64,000 nt of DNA, from positions 1 through 64,000 of the IMG/VR virus record IMGVR_UViG_3300035034_001213, one strand, 5' to 3'. The notes under the pieces are model-generated. The model saw only the letters and a program-made list of their open reading frames with translations, made no database searches and was not told the DNA's origin. The DNA comes from a virus. How positions within the stretch are numbered: the stretch's first letter is position 1; each line of letters begins with the position of its first letter. Position numbers and translations under genes: made by a program. Shown one piece after another: positions 56,358 through 64,000 of this stretch.

Positions 56358-57442
56358 GAAGCACGCCGCTCCCAGTTAAACTCTTCACGCATCTCCCTTG
56401 CGGTTGAAATACAGTGTTCGGAGTCGGTAATGGTCATCACTTTCTGGACTCCCCGCTCAGCGCACTTGGCAATGAACTCACACCCGTCACAGATGCCGTT
56501 GGTTTGCGCCAACGACAGACACTCGATCATACCGTCCTCTTCTTGACGAAAGATGTTCTCGAAGGTCCAGGGACCGTCCACTCGATGCTCCGGTTCAAAG
56601 GAGGAGAAGGCTTCCACAATGAACGGAGGCACAAACATCTCACCGTTGCGGTACACCACGTCCCAGTCTTCCCCTTCGTTCATCTGCAACTCAACGATTT
56701 CGAAATGTTCCTGACGCTCGTTCGCAGCCATCCGTGACTGGATAAGCAACCGGTTTAGGTGTTCAAGACTGGACAGGAAATTTTCTTGATTGACGGGATC
56801 TCTGAGGCTCTCTCGACCGTGAGGAAGAATGAAATCGCTGTGCGACGTCGGATGGAGATTGACGTGGTACGCTCGAGTAAGGATGTCCTTAGTCAGAGTG
56901 AAGCCGCGTTTATGATCGTTGGCGATCGACTCCTCAAAGTTAACGACGCTGTAGACTCGAGTGATCTTAACGGTACTTAAGCAGCTTTCGAAATACGCCA
57001 CCCTGTTACGAATGCCTTCGATGTACGCTGGGTTGTCAATGTGACGCACCTCAAACGGCACCGTAAACTTCAGAAGACCGTTAGGAATCAACGCTTCGAC
57101 TTGTTCCGCCAACTTTTCATAGACCTCAGGTTTCGGATCTAGGAACGCACAGTTCAAGGTGGTCTTGAGAAACCGCTGAGCAATCTGCTTGATCCTCGGG
57201 TGTTCCAAGATCAAGTTTTTGTTCTCGGAGCTGAGGATGTCTGTGGGACCCAAGATAAAGTTGAGGACCTCCAACTCAGCGGTTTCAAAGGTATCGATCA
57301 TTCGATCAATGCGATCAAACTCTTCAAGGGTTGGGAATCGATTGTCTTCTTTCTCAACCATACATCCCGAACAATTGTGTCGACAGCCACTTGCGATTTC
57401 CATAGTGAAGTCGATTAACTTATTAACTTGTGACTTGTGCAT
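56354..57442 (-). CDS. Atypical radical SAM-like protein with C-terminal Cys cluster
   Basis: CRHNCSGC (CxxxCxxC); C-terminal CDGCEFIAKC...HC; no GGE motif. Confidence 0.68.
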   Translation of the reverse strand: MHKSQVNKLIDFTMEIASGCRHNCSGCMVEKEDNRFPTLEEFDRIDRMIDTFETAELEVLNFILGPTDILSSENKNLILEHPRIKQIAQRFLKTTLNCAFLDPKPEVYEKLAEQVEALIPNGLLKFTVPFEVRHIDNPAYIEGIRNRVAYFESCLSTVKITRVYSVVNFEESIANDHKRGFTLTKDILTRAYHVNLHPTSHSDFILPHGRESLRDPVNQENFLSSLEHLNRLLIQSRMAANERQEHFEIVELQMNEGEDWDVVYRNGEMFVPPFIVEAFSSFEPEHRVDGPWTFENIFRQEEDGMIECLSLAQTNGICDGCEFIAKCAERGVQKVMTITDSEHCISTAREMREEFNWERRAS

Positions 57443-57446
57443 AATT

Positions 57447-58502
57447 TCACCAACTGCATTTATAGCTGAGTTTACCGAGCACCGACAAACACTCATGCGT
57501 TCCTAATAACCTCTGTACTCGATGTACCCCTCGAGTTGCGCACTTGCTGACAAACCGACACCGAGAACATTCGTTAGATTCACCAGCACGGGTGATGGAT
57601 TCGAAAAAGGTCTCTTGATCGGCCTGTTGGATCTTGTCAAGTGTCCAGGGTTTCTTGAATTTGAAGTCGTCGTGAAAAATGGTGATCGGACTGTTAATAA
57701 GGGGGGCTATATACAGGTCGCCATTGCGATACGCCAGATGATAATCGCACCCAACGTGCTCACCCAGATCGTCGATCTTAAACTCGTACCCTTTGTCCAC
57801 CTGATTGGCAAACATTTCGTTTTGCTTCAAGATGGTTCTTAAGAACTCTTCTCGGTCTTCGTTAACCGACAGGTCACGGCGGCCGTAATGAAACACAAAC
57901 GTGGTGGTGTCTGACTTTTCAAACAACTCGATGTGTCGGGTCTTATGGAGCGTCTCTTCACTGACAACGCCTTTGTCCATCAGCGACTCGGTCATATTCA
58001 CGATCGCGGTAACACTCCCGATCCCCACCGACTTCAGATTTTCATTCAACCAGTTGATGCGACCCCGGAGCTTTTCAACGTACCCCAAGTTGTCGTGATG
58101 CTTTAATTCGAAGGGTACCAGAAACTCCGCGTTCAACCCTGGCATAAACGCCTCGAGCTCTTCAGCAAACTGAACGTACGCGTCCGGATCGGGGTTCAAG
58201 AAGGAGCAGTTGAACACCACCGACTTAAACCCTTTTAACATCTTTCGAACCGCAGGGTGAGTTAATACGTCTTGTCGATTGCTGGCGGACATGATGTCTA
58301 CCGGTGCAAACTCCATCCAAGACATCTCCCATCCACGACTGCGTACGTCGTCAATAATCTCACTGAGCGCTGCGAGATCGGCTTCTGTGTATGGGGTAAT
58401 GTCTTTGGTGTTAACGCTGCACCCAGAACACCCGTAGTCACAGTCTTTTAACAACTCCAGCGCTAGATTGCCGATGTTGTCCCCTCGAACCATGGTTGTC
58501 AT
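57447..58502 (-). CDS. Atypical radical SAM-like protein with C-terminal Cys cluster
   Basis: CDYGCSGC; C-terminal CSRCRFVSKC...EC; apparent paralog of its neighbour. Confidence 0.68.
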   Translation of the reverse strand: MTTMVRGDNIGNLALELLKDCDYGCSGCSVNTKDITPYTEADLAALSEIIDDVRSRGWEMSWMEFAPVDIMSASNRQDVLTHPAVRKMLKGFKSVVFNCSFLNPDPDAYVQFAEELEAFMPGLNAEFLVPFELKHHDNLGYVEKLRGRINWLNENLKSVGIGSVTAIVNMTESLMDKGVVSEETLHKTRHIELFEKSDTTTFVFHYGRRDLSVNEDREEFLRTILKQNEMFANQVDKGYEFKIDDLGEHVGCDYHLAYRNGDLYIAPLINSPITIFHDDFKFKKPWTLDKIQQADQETFFESITRAGESNECSRCRFVSKCATRGVHRVQRLLGTHECLSVLGKLSYKCSW

Positions 58503-59443
58503 TGCGATTCAGCCCATTTTAACAAATGTAGAAACCCGTTGCACGAGTGCGTCGTATCGGTGACTTTACGAAGATGTTCAGACAAACACTTACCGGCGTA
58601 GTCACATTCCGAACACTTGGAATCAAGTACCTTGAGCTTCTCTCCTGCACACCAACCAAAGTATTCCTCGATACTGTCCAACTCCAAAAAGTATTCGTTG
58701 TCTTGTTCATCAAAGTCCAAGACGCCGAACTTCCCAGTTGGGGTGATGTAGACGTGGTCGTCGGAGAACGAATGTCCCCGACCTTCCAAACAATCTTGTA
58801 TGTTCAACGCGTTCACAAAATCAAACTTCATCTTATCTTGGCGCTTGTACAACACCTTGATAAACGCCTCGTAGTCGTGATAACTCACCGGCAGTTGATT
58901 GGCTTGATTAGGACTGTACGGCTTGATCTCTACCGACGTGAGATTTGACAACAGGTTTAACGTGTTGATGATCTCATCTGGGTCTTTCGCCATTACTTCG
59001 GGAGTAGCCAACATCAAAATCGAAAAGTCGCGTTCCATTTTTAACATCTGCTGAAAGACGTGGTCGTGCTTTTCTCGAGCCTCAAAGTCGTAGCTCACTG
59101 AGATGCCCCAGCTCACGTCGTGGACCGCAGGATTGTTCATGGATAGATTGGTGATGATGTTAAGATCGTCAATCCCACGATCGTGTAACCCGTCCTTCAG
59201 TGCGCCGATGTATTCCGGTGGCAACAACAAAGGTTCGCCACCGTACAGATCCACCATCTCTACCTTCCGGTGAATCATTACCTCATCGATCCGATCAAAC
59301 AACCGATGCAACGTCAAGCGCTTCTTGTCGCCGAGTTGTTCTGACGTGAGATAACAAAACCCACATCGGAAATTACAGAAGTACGAAGGATTAATGCTAA
59401 GATTAATCGGAATCTCAGGTAACGTCAAAGAGTTTGAGTTCAT
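58499..59443 (-). CDS. Radical SAM/SPASM-type protein
   Basis: CNFRCGFC, LYGGEP, ITNL, C-terminal CSECDYAGKC...SC. Confidence 0.88.
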   Translation of the reverse strand: MNSNSLTLPEIPINLSINPSYFCNFRCGFCYLTSEQLGDKKRLTLHRLFDRIDEVMIHRKVEMVDLYGGEPLLLPPEYIGALKDGLHDRGIDDLNIITNLSMNNPAVHDVSWGISVSYDFEAREKHDHVFQQMLKMERDFSILMLATPEVMAKDPDEIINTLNLLSNLTSVEIKPYSPNQANQLPVSYHDYEAFIKVLYKRQDKMKFDFVNALNIQDCLEGRGHSFSDDHVYITPTGKFGVLDFDEQDNEYFLELDSIEEYFGWCAGEKLKVLDSKCSECDYAGKCLSEHLRKVTDTTHSCNGFLHLLKWAESQ

Positions 59444-60512
59444 CGTTACTCTCATCTACGTAGGGGGTGGGAATCAATTGCCCAGTCAATCCATTGGCCT
59501 CGATGATCTCTGGGGCAAGAGCTTTCATCTTACGACAGTGCTCTTCAACACGACCTGTCTTTTTAGCGTCGCGTATGCTCTTCTTACACCCATTGCATAT
59601 AGAGAACATTGGACAGAAGAAACAGTCTTTCTTCAGACTTTGCAGTTCATAGACTTGAAGCGGCAGTTTCATCTCCCCTTCCATCTCCTCGTTAAAGTCG
59701 ATGGGGTATTCTCGATCGTCCCCAAACGACCCACAAGAATAATAGCCACCATTGGGTTGCATGGTGCGAATACCAGAGTCGCAGTTACGAGACAAAGGAC
59801 AAGCGTCAGAACCTTTGGCTAAAACTTGAAGCATCTGCTTAGTGCTGTACTCCCAGGGTGCCAGACCTTCCCGCCACACCGCCAAATACGCTTTGTACAT
59901 ATCGGCGACTAAGAAATGTTGATCTTCACTGCCCATGGTGCCTTTACGGGTTTGTATTACCGGACCCGAAGCGTTGGTGTAGTTGATCTTACATTCCACA
60001 TCCATCGCTTTGGCTAAACGTACTGTCTTCACCACATCGTCGACGTTCGTTTCATCGATTACTGAGATGAACGATGGGCGATACCCCACCAGCTCCAACA
60101 TGAGGTCTGAGACGGCCCAGAACTCCTCTTCGGTGAAAGGGGTATAATCACCCTTCAAACGCTTGTTACCGTACTGGAAGCTCGTAGCAACGCCCACACG
60201 AGGGTGTTTGAACAACTCCAGCCACATCTGAGGTTTCTTGTAGAACGGCCAGAGGTTGGTCGTCAGTGAAATGGACGTGTGGGGCATATCCAACTCATCC
60301 AGAATCTCAATCATTTCCCAGTAGTACGACACGGGCATCATAAGGGGATCGCCGCCGTTGATGATGATCGTATCGGTTTGTGGGAATCGTTGAAGAAACC
60401 GTTTGATGTCCGGAAGCTCAACGATGTCGTTGCTGTCCTCAGCGATGTCGGTGCTTGAGCAGAAGGTGCACTTAAAGTTACACTTCTCAGTTGGCTTAAT
60501 TATCAAATCGAT
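59415..60512 (-). CDS. Radical SAM/SPASM-type protein
   Basis: IIKPTEKCNFKCTFC, NGGDP, TTNL, CPLSRNC, YSCG, CFFC..FSICNGC; start probably ATC at 60512. Confidence 0.9.
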   Translation of the reverse strand: MDLIIKPTEKCNFKCTFCSSTDIAEDSNDIVELPDIKRFLQRFPQTDTIIINGGDPLMMPVSYYWEMIEILDELDMPHTSISLTTNLWPFYKKPQMWLELFKHPRVGVATSFQYGNKRLKGDYTPFTEEEFWAVSDLMLELVGYRPSFISVIDETNVDDVVKTVRLAKAMDVECKINYTNASGPVIQTRKGTMGSEDQHFLVADMYKAYLAVWREGLAPWEYSTKQMLQVLAKGSDACPLSRNCDSGIRTMQPNGGYYSCGSFGDDREYPIDFNEEMEGEMKLPLQVYELQSLKKDCFFCPMFSICNGCKKSIRDAKKTGRVEEHCRKMKALAPEIIEANGLTGQLIPTPYVDESNDELKLFDVT

Positions 60513-60543
60513 TTTACTACCCTCCTAGCCGTTAAGGGCTCGT

Positions 60544-61602
60544 TTAAACATTCATGGCAGGAATGCGTTTATCCGGTCCTTCGACGACCGAGTCAATGTA
60601 CCGATGCGTGACTTTGTAGACACACTCATCCATCTCTTCCCGGAACCGGTAATTGTGTTGCATGAAACAACCCAACTCACAACGCTGGAAATACTCACAG
60701 GTCAAGCACCCATATTTCTCCATGAAGTGCTCTTCAATCGCCGAGTTGTCGGTTTTGTCCAACGGCACCTCGTAAATCTCTTCCGCCACCTTGGGATCGA
60801 TCAGATTACCGCAGCCGCACGTGGTCCCGTCTTCTAAGACCAGTTTACTCGACCGACACGACAGTGCCGAAGGCTGACGTCTTAACCACCCGGCGACCGG
60901 CTCACAGTTCGGGTAGTGGTCAATCAAAAACTTGAACATGCGTAACAAGTCATGATCGCTTGGGGCTGCGTTGGTTTTCTCATCCGGCATGAGGTAATCG
61001 AAGTACAACTTAAACCCTTGATCGTACGCCCAACTAAAGAACTCGTCTTGGTCTTTGACGAAGTGTTCGATGTTTTGCTTGGTCATCAAAAGACTGACGC
61101 TTCGAACCACGCGCGGTCCATAGTAAGCCAGGTTCTTCTTGAAGATCTCTAACTGCGCTCGATTGAATCTTCCTTTTGGATCGTAGGACACCGTCACTGT
61201 GGTGCTTCCGCCCAAGGTTCTTGCTCTTTCTAAGAAGTCGTCCAGTAGCGGGCGGTCCTCCGTGACCAGATTTGTCACCCAGTTCAACGTCACCGCTATG
61301 TTCTTCGCCCGACATTGATCGATAATCGCTTCACTGAACCGAACGTAGGTGTCGGCCAATTCGGGGGTAAAGACCTCTGGTGCAAAGACCTCACCCCCCA
61401 TAATGTTAAACACCACTTTGCGTTTGGTTTCTTTTTGCAGAAGCGCTTCAACAGAAGAGAGCTTGCCCATGACATCATCGACCCCCACTAAGGAGTCGTG
61501 ATCCTGCCAACAGAAACTGCATGACAGGTTACAGTAGGTGAACAGATGTAACGTGTACTCCTGCTCTTCATCGCGCTTGTTCTGTAAAAAGACGTCCATC
61601 AT
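60544..61602 (-). CDS. Radical SAM/SPASM-type protein
   Basis: CNLSCSFC, MGGEV, VTNL, C-terminal CLTCEYFQRCELGC...EC. Confidence 0.9.
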   Translation of the reverse strand: MMDVFLQNKRDEEQEYTLHLFTYCNLSCSFCWQDHDSLVGVDDVMGKLSSVEALLQKETKRKVVFNIMGGEVFAPEVFTPELADTYVRFSEAIIDQCRAKNIAVTLNWVTNLVTEDRPLLDDFLERARTLGGSTTVTVSYDPKGRFNRAQLEIFKKNLAYYGPRVVRSVSLLMTKQNIEHFVKDQDEFFSWAYDQGFKLYFDYLMPDEKTNAAPSDHDLLRMFKFLIDHYPNCEPVAGWLRRQPSALSCRSSKLVLEDGTTCGCGNLIDPKVAEEIYEVPLDKTDNSAIEEHFMEKYGCLTCEYFQRCELGCFMQHNYRFREEMDECVYKVTHRYIDSVVEGPDKRIPAMNV

Positions 61603-62615
61603 AATTCAAAGCCTTTACAGTCCTCCGCTGTCAACGTCACGGCCCAATGGATCACGTGGACTTTGAGTTTGTCCATGTCGGCCCAGTCGAGGTAGTCCGT
61701 GTGTTCGGTGCTTGTGCGGAGCATGGAAATGAATTGAGTCACCACTTCGTCATCGCTCAAAGGCGCTAACGTGTCGATGATCTTCAACTTGGCGCGTTCG
61801 CCTGCGATTTGCGTTTTCTCGATCTGAACTTCCTGATCCAGATACACCGCCATGTCTCGCAGCACCGCCTCTTGAGCCGGTTCTTTTAAACGAGTGATGC
61901 GAAGACTCAGGTTCGGGTCGTTCAAAAAATTGAGTCTGGGTATCTTACGCAGTATGTCGAAATCACCCAGGTACTTAGCAGCGGTGTATCCGTACTTCTT
62001 CTGCATGTTCTCAGAAAAGAACAGAGACACCAGGTTCCGCTGTATCTCATCGATGTGATTGTGCATCGATCGTAACGCAAATACTCGAATCGGATCGGCT
62101 AAGTTCGCACGTTTGTTCCCAGACAAATGGTCCAAGAGTTTGTATTCCAACGACACTCGTTCTGGCATGTCTCGAACCAAAGCCCTCAGTTCTGGATCTT
62201 GCTCCACGATTGAGAGACCAACCAACGTTTCTTTCAGCACGTCGGTCTTTGGCAGCGGTACGCCTTGAGTGCTGAGTGACAGAAACTCCAGATTCAGTAG
62301 CTGAAGCAATTGTTCTGAACTGGCGTTTGGAAACAACGCTTTGAGCCACTTAGCCACTAATTGCCCGTAGGACTCGACACTGGTGTAGATAACTACCTTC
62401 TTGTCACCCAGTCCTTTGTACTTAGCAATCAGATCGGAGAAACCGCTTTTAACGAATTTCTCTTCGTCAGGCTCCACCCCCATGACAAAGGGACCAGAGA
62501 TTAAAGTTTCATCAAAATTCTCACCTAAGGCCTTTGAAGCCAGGAAGAACGTGTTCTGCTCGTCTTTGAGTACGTCCACACCTAGGTAGATGCGATTAAA
62601 CAAATGATACATCAC
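61599..62615 (-). CDS. Hypothetical protein of the radical SAM cluster
   Basis: 338 aa, 4-nt overlaps with both neighbours. Confidence 0.65.
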   Translation of the reverse strand: MMYHLFNRIYLGVDVLKDEQNTFFLASKALGENFDETLISGPFVMGVEPDEEKFVKSGFSDLIAKYKGLGDKKVVIYTSVESYGQLVAKWLKALFPNASSEQLLQLLNLEFLSLSTQGVPLPKTDVLKETLVGLSIVEQDPELRALVRDMPERVSLEYKLLDHLSGNKRANLADPIRVFALRSMHNHIDEIQRNLVSLFFSENMQKKYGYTAAKYLGDFDILRKIPRLNFLNDPNLSLRITRLKEPAQEAVLRDMAVYLDQEVQIEKTQIAGERAKLKIIDTLAPLSDDEVVTQFISMLRTSTEHTDYLDWADMDKLKVHVIHWAVTLTAEDCKGFEL

Positions 62616-63337
62616 GTTTCCTTAAGCGACTCTTGCTGTTTTTGTAAGACTGCAACCGCCGACTGAAATTCATCGTCGGATATCATGTGGCCGTCGGCCA
62701 GTGCCGTCGTTAACACGTGCACGTCGTTCTCAGGAATTGACCAGTATGCGAACAGGTTCTTACCTTTGAACATGTAGTCGTTGAAGTACTTGGTGTAGTT
62801 CTTGACCAAGTTCTCACTGATTACGTTCATTGTCAATGGAAACAATGGGTTGTCGAACAAATGTACGAAGTTGATGCCTTTTGTATCAGCGGTTTCATCT
62901 AGGGGGAAGTGCTCCACCACCGATGAGATTGTTTCATCGTTGATCGTGGTCATCATGTACAGACTCATGGAGTCGATCAACGACAACCATTTACCAAGGA
63001 TCTCGGTGTGGTCTTTGATCCACTTATCCGTAATCCAATTGCATTCAGCAATGCCTTTGATGTGCAAGATGACCTCAAGCACCATGGTCTCAAGGGTTGG
63101 GCATTTCAGCAACGTTGGTAGTGTGAGGTAGGCTTCAAGTACGTCCCACGCTTCGTCGCCATTGAACGTGACGTCCACTGGGAGTTCCAAGTTACTTAGA
63201 TACACCAACGCTTGATACGGACTGACCCTTTCTCGGGAAGCGCTAAGATCAACCAAAAGCGAGACTTCTTTATCGCCAATGATTTCTCTGAGAGTTTCAA
63301 CCGGAATAGGCACGGTGGTTTCTATTACTCTACTCAT
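62612..63337 (-). CDS. Hypothetical protein of the radical SAM cluster
   Basis: TAATG-coupled to the Cys/His-motif gene; YLSNL motif. Confidence 0.65.
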   Translation of the reverse strand: MSRVIETTVPIPVETLREIIGDKEVSLLVDLSASRERVSPYQALVYLSNLELPVDVTFNGDEAWDVLEAYLTLPTLLKCPTLETMVLEVILHIKGIAECNWITDKWIKDHTEILGKWLSLIDSMSLYMMTTINDETISSVVEHFPLDETADTKGINFVHLFDNPLFPLTMNVISENLVKNYTKYFNDYMFKGKNLFAYWSIPENDVHVLTTALADGHMISDDEFQSAVAVLQKQQESLKET

Positions 63338-63888
63338 TATCGCCGACCTCTTGAGTTATGGCACCGAGAGTGACATCGAGTGTGACAGACATCTCGAGTT
63401 AATAACGTAGCCCCTCCCCGAGCGAATGCTAAATAGTTGTTTCTTAGAGACTCGATGAAGTCATACGTATCCGATTGATCAACGTCGTTTCCGGCGATAA
63501 CGGTGGTTATATCCGGAAATCCAGTGTCGGCAGCGTATTGAGGGGCCAAATGAGCCACCGCTGTGACGTTGTAAATCAATCTTTTGCTGTTGTTGTAATA
63601 CCCAGATCGGGTTCGATAAATAGTGATCTGCGTGTTACGAACATTGAAATACCCTTGTGCAACCCCGATCAAACTGCTCCTACATCTCAATGCGTCCAAT
63701 TCCCCATCGGTGCCTCGTATTGAAGCATATGAAGGCATCGTGTAATCGCCACCAGTGCTTCCACCAAACCATCCCAGAAGGGAACCGGAAGGGTAATTGT
63801 TGGTGCCCCACGAAATACCACTTCTTTGCAGCTCTCTTACCCGGGTTAGAAACCGGTTGTAGACGTCGTATACCCTAATGTCAGCCAT
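63337..63888 (-). CDS. Putative radical SAM substrate protein with C-terminal CHxx repeat
   Basis: Ends VCHTRCHSRCHNSRGRR; first gene of the radical SAM run; AGGA RBS. Confidence 0.65.
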   Translation of the reverse strand: MADIRVYDVYNRFLTRVRELQRSGISWGTNNYPSGSLLGWFGGSTGGDYTMPSYASIRGTDGELDALRCRSSLIGVAQGYFNVRNTQITIYRTRSGYYNNSKRLIYNVTAVAHLAPQYAADTGFPDITTVIAGNDVDQSDTYDFIESLRNNYLAFARGGATLLTRDVCHTRCHSRCHNSRGRR

Positions 63889-64000
63889 GTCAAGCTTCCT
63901 ATATATTTAAATGTCCATACGATCTAACGTTCCTCTATCCCACGTTCAAAGCAGGGATGATCTCTGTCTCTCCGTACTTAAAATGAGAGAGTAACATTCT

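Noticed and set aside
1-64000. CRISPR array, tRNA or rRNA genes
   Set aside because: No regularly spaced direct repeats or convincing cloverleaf seen by eye; intergenic gaps are short. tRNAscan was not run.
1-64000. Stop-codon recoding (alternative genetic code)
   Set aside because: Long conserved genes are intact under the standard code and end in TAA, TAG and TGA normally.
39383-64000. Host chromosomal biosynthetic cluster or chimeric assembly
   Set aside because: The enzymes are interleaved with tail fibre and endolysin genes and use the same terminator family as the phage core region.

Overview
This is a 64-kb segment of a phiKZ-like jumbo myophage (Chimalliviridae-type, nucleus-forming lineage). 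The assignment rests on motif and synteny recognition by eye; no database searches were run. Positions 1-20.6 kb hold the conserved core block: an internal head protein, DnaB-like helicase, gp119-like protein, major capsid protein, a non-virion RNAP beta-part subunit, baseplate/virion proteins, portal, RuvC-like resolvase and an overlapping i-/o-spanin pair. Positions 20.7-39.3 kb hold plus-strand accessory genes behind a recurring TATATCAY-N5-TG promoter-like motif. They include winged-helix proteins, a HAD phosphatase, a host-like lipoprotein and two proteins with an N-terminal AraC-like HTH. Positions 39.4-64 kb are one co-oriented minus-strand block built around a tail fibre, and this is the most unusual part. 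It encodes a 183-aa protein ending in a CHxx-CHxx-CHxS-RGRR motif, five radical SAM/SPASM-type proteins, two 2OG-Fe(II) oxygenases, a FabF/FabB-type ketosynthase and six membrane fatty-acid desaturases. It also encodes a PKD/DUF285 protein, an S74-chaperoned tail fibre, a Thr/Ser-rich fibre-associated protein, two glycosyltransferase-like proteins, an endolysin and two small ubiquitin-like proteins. My leading hypothesis (inference) is a phage-encoded system that chemically tailors virion or tail proteins by radical-SAM crosslinking, hydroxylation, unsaturated acyl chemistry and glycosylation, possibly with ubiquitin-like anti-defence decoys.
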